Source of the DNA: an uncultured Clostridium sp.
GTDB lineage: Bacteria; Bacillota; Clostridia; TANB77; CAG-508
Assembly: GCA_947573555.1 (NCBI GenBank)
Contig: CANPFO010000001.1
Location: 11,264-75,263, forward strand
DNA length: 64,000 nt
Direction: 5' to 3'
Shown: positions 41,865 to 50,824 of the stretch, one piece after another
Layout of the letters: the number at the start of each line of letters is the position of its first letter
How positions within the stretch are numbered: position 1 is the first letter of the stretch
Translations under genes and position numbers: made by a program
The notes under the pieces: generated by a model
What the model saw: the letters and a program-made list of their open reading frames with translations, nothing else
What the model was told of the DNA's origin: nothing
Database searches by the model: none

Positions 41865-42272
41865 CTATTTTGTTCCTTTGTTTGGAAGATATCCAGAATT
41901 TTCAGAATTATTATCTACTATTTGGTTCCCTATGCTTGTACTATTTCCCTCTACATCTTCTGGTAACACTGCAAATGGATTTTTCTTTCCTGGGACATAT
42001 TCATTTATTTTTTGATAATTTTTTAAATCAGTTGAATCAATTTGATATGTTATTACAACTTCTGTACTATCAGCTTCATTACTTGTTTGCAATTCTTGTT
42101 GTACTGATTCTGGAGTAATATATGCTATTGTTTCTGGTATTATTTTATTTGATGGAACATACTCGTAAAGCATTATTCCTAAAATTAATATAATAGCTAA
42201 TGCTAATAATAATATTATAATAACTTCCTTTATAATATTTTTAACCATCTTATTCCTCCTCTTTATATACAT
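41865..42272 (-). CDS. Small membrane-anchored protein within the pilus operon
   Basis: Single N-terminal TM segment and a polar C-terminus. Confidence 0.35.
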   Translation of the reverse strand: MYIKRRNKMVKNIIKEVIIILLLALAIILILGIMLYEYVPSNKIIPETIAYITPESVQQELQTSNEADSTEVVITYQIDSTDLKNYQKINEYVPGKKNPFAVLPEDVEGNSTSIGNQIVDNNSENSGYLPNKGTK

Positions 42273-42274
42273 AT

Positions 42275-42934
42275 TTAAGTTGCAGCATCTTTAACTTCTG
42301 ATTGTTTATCTGTATTATCAGTCATTGGAATATTGCTATTTGATGTTATTCCACTAATTCTAATATCTTTACATACAAATGTTGACTGAACTACACTTCC
42401 ATTTTCAGATGAAGCTATCATTTTAAATTCTTCTATTTTATATCCTAGTTTTGAATCATCTTCAATGTCTGTTATGAACTCTTCTATTTGAGCATATCCA
42501 CCTGTAACAGTAAAGTTTAAATCATAAACTTCTTCTGCTCCTGATGCACTTCTAGTAATATCCATTTTCATTGTTACGCCTTCTGCTTTAGCATGATTTT
42601 CTATTCTTATTAATAAAAATTCTATCATATTTTTATATAATTGATTCGCAGCTTGGACTTCACTATCTGTACTAACATTTACCATATCATCATAATTTTG
42701 TTTTTGAGTTTTTAATTGTTTTTCTGCTTCACCTAAATCATCTATTTTCTTTTGATAGTCTGTACTTGCTAATTTTGTAGCTTGTTTTATCAATATATCC
42801 AATTCTTCATTTTCTGCTTTTATTTCTTTTATTCCTAATATTTCTAATCCACCAATCTGTAATCCATTTATTGCTGTTATTATAATCAAAACTAAAATTA
42901 AAATAATTATTGTACTTAATAATAACTTTTTCAT
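42275..42934 (-). CDS. pilO: PilO-like pilus assembly protein
   Basis: N-terminal TM helix, coiled coil and a C-terminal alpha/beta domain; positioned after the PilMN fusion. Confidence 0.5.
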   Translation of the reverse strand: MKKLLLSTIIILILVLIIITAINGLQIGGLEILGIKEIKAENEELDILIKQATKLASTDYQKKIDDLGEAEKQLKTQKQNYDDMVNVSTDSEVQAANQLYKNMIEFLLIRIENHAKAEGVTMKMDITRSASGAEEVYDLNFTVTGGYAQIEEFITDIEDDSKLGYKIEEFKMIASSENGSVVQSTFVCKDIRISGITSNSNIPMTDNTDKQSEVKDAAT

Positions 42935-44556
42935 GGTAAATCACCTTCTATTCTCATTGATATTATATTGTTCTCTTTTTGTGCTGAAGTTGCAAAAACA
43001 TTAGTAAGTATTTCATTAAGTTGTATACTGGTTTTTAAATAACCTAATTGGGCATACCATTTTGATTGAGCTTGAATAACCACATGTGTTGATGTTGTAT
43101 TTTGAATTGATATTAATTGTACTTCTGATGGCATTACATACATTAGTTTATTTAATAAAATTGGTATTGCTTTTTTCAGTCTATTATTTTCTTCAATACT
43201 TTTATTAATTTCCTCTAATCTTTTTATTTTAGTTTCATACTCATTTGTTCTAATTTGTACATTTTGTATATCTCTATCCACCAATGCCATCTGTAAATTT
43301 GTATTTTGTATTGATTCTTGAACCTTAGTATTTTTTTCTTTAATTTGTTTTCCTATTAACCCTGTAAATACACCATATATAATAAACAGTATAAATAGTC
43401 CTAATATAGTTCTTAATAATCCTATTTCCACTTTATCTAAAGGAACATTAAAATCTAATGTTAATAAATTTCCTTTTGAATTTTTCTCTTCTTGAGTTTT
43501 TGCTTTTTTTCCACCAACTTCTATTTTTAGAAATTCAGGCAACTTATCTGATAATGTCGCCTTTTTAAAATTCATTCCAGTTATTCCTTCTCCCAATCCA
43601 TTTAAAGCAAGAGAAATCGCTGAGTTTACTTCTACATAATCTTTAATGTTTATTTCTGGTGAGATTTTTATAAAATCTGGCTTTAAAATTTCACACTTAA
43701 CATTTTCTAAATATTCTTCAAAATATAAATCTATATTATTAATTAAAGCACCTGTTCCAGTTATATAAATTTTTTCTATTTTTTCTAAACTTTCATTTAA
43801 AATTTTTCTTACTTGTCCAAGAATATCATATAATATAGGCATTATATCTTCTAAATAACTTGTTTCATTTTCAAGTAAATCTCTTCCTTGCGAAGTATAT
43901 ATTGTTGTTTCTTTGCAAATTTCATAAGCCTTTTGATATGAGTTTTCTTTAAGATTTATTCTGTCAAGAATATCTTGGCTCCCTATTTCTAACCTTTTTA
44001 TATCATATATATTTTGATTTAATATTGTTGTTATAATTGTATGTTCTTCTATATTTACTATTAAGCAATTTTCTCTCTCACTAAATTTAGCTATATTAGA
44101 AATTGCCATAGATATTGGAGTTACACTTTGTAACTTATAAGAATTAAATTTTTGTATTCTCTTATTTAGCTCTATTTTATTATCACTTATGTGTATTACT
44201 TTTAATCTTTCTCTTTCTTGTGTGTCTGGAGTAATTGCATATCTTGTCTCAAATACATTTGGATTATAATTTTTATCTGCACAATAAGCTTCAAATTCCG
44301 TTTTTATCGCTTTTGGTAAATCTTTCTTATTTAACAATGCAAAAACCTGAAAATAATTATACATTTCATCTGACAAGTTGATACTAATTGGAGTTCTAAA
44401 ACTATATGTTTCCTCAACAATTTGCTTTATAGTACGTTCCAAATTGTCATAAAATTTCACACCAAAAGACTCAACTTTAATTTGCTCACGTTCTTTTGAA
44501 ACTTTTGCATATTTAATTATATTATCTTCTATATACAATCCAAGACAAGTTGACAT
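42931..44556 (-). CDS. pilM: PilM-PilN fusion (actin-like ATPase domain + TM + PilN domain)
   Basis: ~350-aa actin/FtsA-like N-terminus, TM helix (LLRTILGLFILFIIYGVF) and a coiled-coil PilN-like C-terminus. Confidence 0.6.
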   Translation of the reverse strand: MSTCLGLYIEDNIIKYAKVSKEREQIKVESFGVKFYDNLERTIKQIVEETYSFRTPISINLSDEMYNYFQVFALLNKKDLPKAIKTEFEAYCADKNYNPNVFETRYAITPDTQERERLKVIHISDNKIELNKRIQKFNSYKLQSVTPISMAISNIAKFSERENCLIVNIEEHTIITTILNQNIYDIKRLEIGSQDILDRINLKENSYQKAYEICKETTIYTSQGRDLLENETSYLEDIMPILYDILGQVRKILNESLEKIEKIYITGTGALINNIDLYFEEYLENVKCEILKPDFIKISPEINIKDYVEVNSAISLALNGLGEGITGMNFKKATLSDKLPEFLKIEVGGKKAKTQEEKNSKGNLLTLDFNVPLDKVEIGLLRTILGLFILFIIYGVFTGLIGKQIKEKNTKVQESIQNTNLQMALVDRDIQNVQIRTNEYETKIKRLEEINKSIEENNRLKKAIPILLNKLMYVMPSEVQLISIQNTTSTHVVIQAQSKWYAQLGYLKTSIQLNEILTNVFATSAQKENNIISMRIEGDLP

Positions 44557-44701
44557 TTTGGCTCCTTTTCTACAAATTTCTTCTTTTTCTTATTTTTCTC
44601 TTTTTTTTACATTCTCATACTTCTTATATTTACAAATTATGATATTAAATTCCTTTTAATTTTATCGTTTCTCAGCAAAAAGTCAATACTTTTAATGCAA
44701 T

Positions 44702-44729
44702 TGTAACACAAGTGTAACATACTTGTAAT
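44702..44729. promoter_or_regulatory. Three TGTAAC(A) direct repeats spaced 11 bp apart, upstream of the pilus-operon promoter
   Basis: TGTAACAcaagTGTAACAtacTTGTAAT. On the minus strand they sit just upstream of a ttgact -35-like hexamer. Confidence 0.3.
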
Positions 44730-44742
44730 ATAGCTATAATAT

Positions 44743-46038
44743 TCATTTTTTGTGTATTTTGCATATAAAAAATCCATCATTATTTTCATCTGGAACTATA
44801 TTTTTTATTCCATTTTTATCAATTTCAAAATTTTCATTTTTATTTAAAAATTTATATATAATATCTTCATTCTCTTCCTTAAAAATACTACATGTTGAAT
44901 AAACTAAAAAACCTCCCTTTTTTAAATATCTTGAACAAATACTTAAAATATTTTCTTGAATTTGAGCTATTTCCTTAATATCTTCATATTTCCTTTGCCA
45001 CTTAATATCAGGTTTCCTTCTTATAACTCCAATTCCTAAACAAGGAACATCTAATAAAATTTTATCAAATTTCTCATTTAAATTTTCATCATATACTGTT
45101 GCATCTCTTTCTTCAGTTTTTATTATACTAATCCCTAGCCTATCTGCATTTTGTCTTATTAATTTTGTTCTATGTTCATATATATCCCAAGCTAATATTT
45201 CCCCTGAATTTTGCATCATTTCAGCCATATAAGTCGTTTTACCACCAGGCGCAGCACAAGCATCTAATACTTTTTCACCTTTCTGTGGACTAAGCATAAT
45301 AGATGATAATCCTGCAGAAATATCCTGTATTGTAAAAAATCCATTTTTAAACAAATCAAAATTTTCTATATTTTTCATATTATCCAAAATCAAAAAATCA
45401 TCATACTCAGTATTTTTGTACTCTATATTTTTTTCATCTAAACTTTCGGCCAATTGCTCTTTTTTTATTTTTAATTTATTTATTCTTATTGTTGTCTTAG
45501 GACGTAAATTCAAATTTTTGCATATCAATTCTACTTTTTCGTAATTATTATATATCAATAATTGCTTTATAATCCATTCTGGCATAGAAGTAGTCTTAGA
45601 AATTCTTTCTATATTATCATTAATTTGGAAAAACTCTTCGTAATCAGATTTACTAACCTTTCTCAAAATCGCATTCACAAAATTAGAACTAGAACTATGA
45701 CCATATCTTTTAGCCAAATTCACACTTTCATTAACAGCAGCTGACTTTGGAATTTTATCTAAAAATATAATTTGATAAATTCCCATTCTTAAAATATTTA
45801 AAATCCATAACGATATCTTTTTTAACTTTATTTTTGAATGTTTTTTAATTATTTCATCTATAGTTAATCTCCAAGTAGTAACTCCATATACAATCTCAGA
45901 AATTAAACCAACATCTTTTTCATTCAAATTTATTTTATTATTTTTTAGCTCTTCATTCAATACTAAATTTGAATAAGCTTGTTCTTTATCTATTTTATAC
46001 AATATTTTTAGAGCTATTTCTCTCGCTTTATCAATCAT
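44743..46038 (-). CDS. rsmB: 16S rRNA (cytosine967-C5)-methyltransferase RsmB (Sun)
   Basis: NusB-like N-terminus and a SAM-dependent MTase (DACAAPGGKT, catalytic Cys region). Confidence 0.85.
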   Translation of the reverse strand: MIDKAREIALKILYKIDKEQAYSNLVLNEELKNNKINLNEKDVGLISEIVYGVTTWRLTIDEIIKKHSKIKLKKISLWILNILRMGIYQIIFLDKIPKSAAVNESVNLAKRYGHSSSSNFVNAILRKVSKSDYEEFFQINDNIERISKTTSMPEWIIKQLLIYNNYEKVELICKNLNLRPKTTIRINKLKIKKEQLAESLDEKNIEYKNTEYDDFLILDNMKNIENFDLFKNGFFTIQDISAGLSSIMLSPQKGEKVLDACAAPGGKTTYMAEMMQNSGEILAWDIYEHRTKLIRQNADRLGISIIKTEERDATVYDENLNEKFDKILLDVPCLGIGVIRRKPDIKWQRKYEDIKEIAQIQENILSICSRYLKKGGFLVYSTCSIFKEENEDIIYKFLNKNENFEIDKNGIKNIVPDENNDGFFICKIHKK

Positions 46039-46234
46039 TTCATCCTCCTATTTTGTGACAATGGGGGCGTCCCTTTTTGGCACAAAAGTAATATATCATA
46101 TTTTATCACAAATCACAACTATCACCATTTTTTAAATAGTTCAAGATTGACAGACTGCACTTTCTATGCTATAATATTTACATAAGAAACCAGTTGGAAT
46201 GATTCTTTTTATTTTTAAGAAAGGATGATACTGT

Positions 46235-46432
46235 ATGACGCCTTTAAGATGTCCTCATTGTGGTCAGTCGATGTCCAAGAACGTTTTTTTGTTTTCTTGT
46301 CCTAATTGCGGTCCTTCTGCTAGTAACAAGTATAACAACGACGAGCAGACAAGCGCGCAGACTAGGAAACACGAATCAGAAATGGCAATGTTGGAATTTT
46401 TGGAAAGGAAACATAAAAATCATAATATCTGA
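46235..46432 (+). CDS. Small zinc-ribbon protein (CPHCG...CPNCG), compositionally GC-rich
   Basis: Two CxxC pairs. Followed by the terminator at 46446-46472. Confidence 0.45.
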   Translation: MTPLRCPHCGQSMSKNVFLFSCPNCGPSASNKYNNDEQTSAQTRKHESEMAMLEFLERKHKNHNI

Positions 46433-46445
46433 AACATCAGTACAG

Positions 46446-46472
46446 AAAAAGCGGAATTTATTCCGCTTTTTT
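46446..46472 (+). terminator. Rho-independent terminator
   Basis: aaaaagcggaatttattccgctttttt. Confidence 0.65.
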
Positions 46473-46603
46473 ATATTATTAGAAAATTCTACAAACTTCC
46501 TATAACATATTGTTTTATTTTCTTAATAAAATTTCTATATTTTGTATATTTTCGCTAGAAACGGTAAAAAATATTATCGAATTAAAATTATAGGAGGTTT
46601 AGT

Positions 46604-46825
46604 ATGGATGTCGAAAAACATTTACTTATAACTGGCTCATCTAATGTGTCTTGGAAAGATGCTATTGTAAAAACAATAAACGAAACATCTAAGACTATAG
46701 ATTATATTTCAAGTGTAAAAATATTAGATCAAAGGGCCAAAATAGATGGTAATAAAATTTCTGAATATTTTGTAGACTTAGATTTAACCTTTTTAATAGA
46801 TTTGAACAGAAAGGAAGATAAATAA
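46604..46825 (+). CDS. Dodecin-like small protein
   Basis: 73 aa with the pattern LITGSS..SWKDAIVKTINETSKTI....VKILDQRAKIDGNKISEYFVDLDLTF, resembling dodecin family members. Confidence 0.45.
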   Translation: MDVEKHLLITGSSNVSWKDAIVKTINETSKTIDYISSVKILDQRAKIDGNKISEYFVDLDLTFLIDLNRKEDK

Positions 46826-46826
46826 A

Positions 46827-47291
46827 ATGAATCCAATCGAAACAAAACAAACATATCAAGAATATGTGGAAAAAAAATCACCCAATTCACCAATTTTAAA
46901 AAATTGTTTTAATGCGTTTTGGGTTGGTGGATTAATCTGTACAATTGGTCAAATAATAATGAACATATGCAAAGAAAGAGGTTTTGACCAAACTCTATCT
47001 GGTACAGTTGTATCAATCATATTAATTGGAATATCAGCATTTTTAACAGGTCTTAATCTCTTTAATAGAATTGGTAAATTCGCTGGTGCTGGCTCATTAA
47101 TTCCTATCACAGGATTTGCAAATTCAATTGTTTCTCCTGCTATGGAATATAAATCTGAAGGATATGTTATGGGTGTTGGTGGAAAAATGTTCACTGTTGC
47201 AGGACCTGTACTAGTATTTGGAATTTCTGCTTCAATTATTGTTGGTATTGTTTATTTAATTTTTAATACTCAAACTATGACTTTAGTTTAA
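46827..47291 (+). CDS. spoVAC: Stage V sporulation protein AC
   Basis: MNPIETKQTYQEYVEKKSP, 4 TM segments and GGLICTIGQ; SpoVAC signature. Confidence 0.85.
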   Translation: MNPIETKQTYQEYVEKKSPNSPILKNCFNAFWVGGLICTIGQIIMNICKERGFDQTLSGTVVSIILIGISAFLTGLNLFNRIGKFAGAGSLIPITGFANSIVSPAMEYKSEGYVMGVGGKMFTVAGPVLVFGISASIIVGIVYLIFNTQTMTLV

Positions 47292-47420
47292 ATGAGACAT
47301 TTGGGACAGTCCAAATTTGTCTCACAATTTATGTCGAAACCTGTTCTATTTTATCCTTAACAAATTTCGACATAACACATCATATTTATGAGACAAATTT
47401 GGACTGTCCCAAATGTCTCA
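47292..47420. repeat. REP-like palindromic unit pair (tgagaca-tttgggacagtcc-aaatttgtctca, twice, inverted) with internal atgtcgaaa/tttcgacat
   Basis: Direct reading. Related to the termini of element B and to 52548-52580. Confidence 0.7.
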
Positions 47421-47434
47421 AAGGAGATGATTTT

Positions 47435-48436
47435 TTGAAGAAGTTAGGAAAGCAAACTATTAAATTTGATAATCCCCCTTCTATTTTAGATTGTGCCTCT
47501 ATTGTTGGTCCAAAAGAAGCTCAAGGTCCTCTTTGTAAATATTTTGACCAAACTTTAGATGATGAATTTTGGGGAGAAAAAACTTGGGAAAAGGCCGAAA
47601 GTAAAATTATTAAAGAAACTGTTAATACTGCTATAAGCAAGTCTGGTGTTCCTGCTGAGAAAATAGATTTCTGTTTTGCTGGTGATTTGCTTAATCAATG
47701 TATATCTTCTAGCTTTGGACTTCGTGAATTAAGTATTCCTTTTTTTGGTGTCTTTGGTGCTTGTTCAACTTTTGTTGAATCTATGAGTTTAAGTGCTATT
47801 TGCTGTGAGTCTTTTGCAGAAAATGCATTGTGTGCAACTTCGAGCCATTTTTGTAGTGCTGAAAAACAATTTAGATTTCCTCTTGAACTTGGAAACCAAA
47901 GACCGCCTTCAGCTCAATGGACTGTTACAGGAAGTGGTGCTGCTATAATATCTAAGAATGGTTTTGGACCTTATATTACTCACATTACTCCAGGAAAAAT
48001 TGTTGATATGGGAATAAAAGATGCTAATAATATGGGGGCTGCTATGGCTCCTGCCTTTGCAGATACTTTGATAACTCATTTTTTAGATACTGGTAGAAAT
48101 CCTAGTTATTATGATGCTATAATAAGTGGCGATTTAGGTCATATTGGAAAAGACATTGCAATTGATATTGCAAAATCACAAGGATATAACATTAAATCTA
48201 ATTATAATGATTGTGGAGTATTAATTTTTGATAAGCAGGCTCAAGATACACATTCTGGTGGAAGTGGTTGTGCTTGTTGTGGTACTGTATTTTCTGGTTA
48301 TTTATTTAAACAACTTAAAGAAAAGAAAATTAAGAAGCTATTGCTTATTGCTACTGGAGCATTGATGAACTCTACAAGTTCTCAACAAGGAGAAACTATT
48401 CCTGGTGTTGCTCATGCAATTAGCATTGAAGTTTAA
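47435..48436 (+). CDS. spoVAD: Stage V sporulation protein AD
   Basis: Thiolase/KAS-like fold and SpoVAD N-terminus (LGKQTIKFDNPPSI). The likely TTG start is at 47435 after aaggag; the track start lies inside the palindrome. Confidence 0.85.
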   Translation: MKKLGKQTIKFDNPPSILDCASIVGPKEAQGPLCKYFDQTLDDEFWGEKTWEKAESKIIKETVNTAISKSGVPAEKIDFCFAGDLLNQCISSSFGLRELSIPFFGVFGACSTFVESMSLSAICCESFAENALCATSSHFCSAEKQFRFPLELGNQRPPSAQWTVTGSGAAIISKNGFGPYITHITPGKIVDMGIKDANNMGAAMAPAFADTLITHFLDTGRNPSYYDAIISGDLGHIGKDIAIDIAKSQGYNIKSNYNDCGVLIFDKQAQDTHSGGSGCACCGTVFSGYLFKQLKEKKIKKLLLIATGALMNSTSSQQGETIPGVAHAISIEV

Positions 48437-48493
48437 AAACATCTGGAATTTCTTATTCCAGGTGAAACATATATTTTTTGAAAGGAGAATTCT

Positions 48494-48886
48494 ATGGATA
48501 TAAATTGGGCAAATGTATTTGAATGGATGTCACTTCTTAAATGTTTTGTTGTTGGTGGTTTAATTTGCATTATTGGACAAATTCTAATTGATAAAACAAA
48601 ATTGACTCCTGCTAGAATTTTAGTTATTTTTGTAACAACTGGAGCTATTTTAGGAGGACTTGGAATATATAAATATTTAGTTGAATTTGCAGGAGCCGGT
48701 GCAACTGTTCCTCTTACTGGGTTTGGCTATAATTTAGCTAAAGGTGCGATTGAAGGAGTCAAAGAAACTGGTTTAATAGGTGCATTTACTGGTGGTGTTA
48801 AAGCTTCTGCTGGTGGTATTGCAGCTGCTGTTTTCTTTGGATATTTAGCATCTCTTATTTCTAAACCAAAAATGAAAAAACAATAA
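48494..48886 (+). CDS. spoVAEB: Stage V sporulation protein AEb
   Basis: 130 aa, 3-4 TM segments, GGLICIIGQ; paralogous to SpoVAC. Confidence 0.8.
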   Translation: MDINWANVFEWMSLLKCFVVGGLICIIGQILIDKTKLTPARILVIFVTTGAILGGLGIYKYLVEFAGAGATVPLTGFGYNLAKGAIEGVKETGLIGAFTGGVKASAGGIAAAVFFGYLASLISKPKMKKQ

Positions 48887-48983
48887 TATCACAAATGGAA
48901 TTTCCATCTGTGATATTATTATTAATCCAAATCTTAAGTTTTCTCTGAATTTCGAATTTTCTAAAAAGATATTAAATATAAAA

Positions 48984-49012
48984 ACAAAAAAAGCATTAAA
49001 TTATGCTTTTTT
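48984..49012. terminator. Terminator hairpin 3' of rplT
   Basis: aaaaaaagcattaaattatgcttttttt. Confidence 0.6.
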
Positions 49013-49351
49013 TGCTATTTCAGCTATTTCTGTAAATGCTTTTGCATCATTTACAGCTATTTCTGCTAACATTTTTCTATTTATTGAAACATTAGCTTTC
49101 TTTAAACCTGCTATCATTTTACTATATGTTGTTCCATTCATTCTAGCAGCCGCATTTATTCTTGTTATCCATAATTTTCTAAAATCACTTTTCTTATCTT
49201 TTCTTCCTACATATGCGTAAGATAATGATTTCATAACTGCTTGATTTGCATTTCTAAATCTATAATGTTTTGCTCCAAAATATCCTTTAGCTTGTTTTAA
49301 TATTTTCTTATGTCTTGCTCTTGTTGTTCTTGCTGTTTTTACTCTTGCCAT
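49001..49351 (-). CDS. rplT: 50S ribosomal protein L20
   Basis: [26 protein letters not shown]. Confidence 0.95.
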   Translation of the reverse strand: MARVKTARTTRARHKKILKQAKGYFGAKHYRFRNANQAVMKSLSYAYVGRKDKKSDFRKLWITRINAAARMNGTTYSKMIAGLKKANVSINRKMLAEIAVNDAKAFTEIAEIAKKA

Positions 49352-49401
49352 TATTTTCCCATCCTTTCTATTCTTCTTTATACTATATTAATACATTTAT
49401 A

Positions 49402-49605
49402 TTATCCACCATATGGTAATAATTTTTTAATTGTATTTTCACAAGTTTTACTTGCATAAGCATTTTGAACTTTTCCTGATTTTCTTTGTCTTCTTGTTTT
49501 ATTAGCTAATAAATGTCTTCTGTTTGATTTTGTTCTTTTTACTTTTCCTGTTGCTGTTAATGAATATCTCTTTTTAGCAGCTTTATTTGTTTTTAATTTT
49601 GCCAT
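49402..49605 (-). CDS. rpmI: 50S ribosomal protein L35
   Basis: MAKLKTNKAAKKRY... Confidence 0.9.
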   Translation of the reverse strand: MAKLKTNKAAKKRYSLTATGKVKRTKSNRRHLLANKTRRQRKSGKVQNAYASKTCENTIKKLLPYGG

Positions 49606-49647
49606 AAGTTTCCCTTCCTTTCACTTACTTATATATAAAACGTATTT

Positions 49648-50157
49648 CTACGCCTTTTTAGCTAAAATAGTAAACATATTTCTACCTTCAAGTTTTGGTT
49701 GTTTTTCAACTGTTGCTACATCTTCCAATTTTTCTATAAATTTATTTAAAACAGCCTCTCCAGATTTTATATTATTTACTTCTCTTCCTCTAAATTTTAC
49801 AGTAATTTTTACCTTATTTCCATCAGTTAAAAACTTTCTTGCGTTTTTTGATTTAAAGTCAAAGTCATGTTCTTCAATGTTTGGAGTAACTCTTAGTTCT
49901 TTTATCTCTAAAACCTTTTGCTTCTTTTTAGCTTCTTTTTCCTTTTTAGATTGTTCAAACTTATATTTTCCGTAATTCATTATTTTACAAACTACTGGTT
50001 TTGCATTTGGTGAAACTAATACTAAATCTAAATTTTCTTCTTGAGCTTTTTCCATAGCTTCTCTTATTGAAACAATTCCAACCTTTTCCCCATTTGCTCC
50101 TATTAATTGAACTTCCTTTTCTTTAATTTGACCATTTATAGGTAATTCTTGTTTTAT
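49648..50157 (-). CDS. infC: Translation initiation factor IF-3, probably with a non-AUG (AUA/AUU) start
   Basis: Homology starts at KQELPINGQIKEKEVQLIGANGEKVGIV. GGAGGUG lies 9 nt before AUA. The upstream part of the track ORF is an artefact. Confidence 0.8.
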   Translation of the reverse strand: MKQELPINGQIKEKEVQLIGANGEKVGIVSIREAMEKAQEENLDLVLVSPNAKPVVCKIMNYGKYKFEQSKKEKEAKKKQKVLEIKELRVTPNIEEHDFDFKSKNARKFLTDGNKVKITVKFRGREVNNIKSGEAVLNKFIEKLEDVATVEKQPKLEGRNMFTILAKKA

Positions 50158-50330
50158 ATTAAAACACCTCCATAAAATAAAAAATCGACTTTTGTTACAA
50201 GTCAATTAATACAAATAAATAAGTTCTTAACTTATTTTATCTATCTATTTCTAACCATTTGCATATATTGCTAAGGTGAGAAGTACTTAACTTCTTCTTG
50301 TAACAAATATTATTATACCATAAAATTAAC
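50158..50330 (-). promoter_or_regulatory. infC-rpmI-rplT leader (possible L20 autoregulatory leader) and ttgaca-16-tataat promoter
   Basis: Long-range complementarity uuguuacaag / cuuguaacaa within a ~150-nt leader. Confidence 0.3.
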
Positions 50331-50458
50331 TTTTGTCAATATTTTTTCAAAATTTTCCATTATTTCTATTTACTTTACATAAATGATATGTTATAATATT
50401 AATAGCACTGAAATATTAGATTGATTTGTAAATCAATCTCACATCAAGGAGGTTCTAT

Positions 50459-50767
50459 ATGAATAGCGATTTTGAGGTAACAATGCAGGCGGCAGAAGAC
50501 TTTATCTATGAAGAGGAAAGCATTTTCATTGAAGATAGGAGAATGGCCTTACACAACGTTATGGCCAACTACTGGAATAGGCGCCCAAAAGACTCCAAGC
50601 CAGACTATAAGAAAAAACGCTTGTCACGTAGACATAAGGAGCTCAGGAGGAAATATGCAAAACTTCTCTGGCGGGCTGCACACAAAACAAATACCAGAAC
50701 CACAAATACGTTATGGAGAGCATACAAAAAAGCACTTCGGATTGCACAGCAGAGTAGCGGCTATTAA
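50459..50767 (+). CDS. Small basic protein of unknown function, GC-rich (~42%)
   Basis: Strong RBS aaggagg 7 nt upstream and a terminator at 50781-50816. Lys/Arg-rich C-terminal half. Confidence 0.45.
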   Translation: MNSDFEVTMQAAEDFIYEEESIFIEDRRMALHNVMANYWNRRPKDSKPDYKKKRLSRRHKELRRKYAKLLWRAAHKTNTRTTNTLWRAYKKALRIAQQSSGY

Positions 50768-50780
50768 TACGGCCAAATTG

Positions 50781-50816
50781 AAAAAGTCTCCCCCTTTTTG
50801 GGGGAGGCCTTTTTAT
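50781..50816 (+). terminator. Rho-independent terminator
   Basis: aaaaagtctcccccttttgggggaggccttttt. Confidence 0.6.
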
Positions 50817-50824
50817 TCTAATAT

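Noticed and set aside
50459-50816. GC-rich block considered as a possible stable RNA gene (tmRNA/RNase P/6S)
   Set aside because: No tmRNA tag-peptide region or tRNA-like end, and no RNase P conserved boxes. It has a strong SD at ideal spacing, a clean 102-codon ORF and a terminator, so a small protein gene is the simpler reading.
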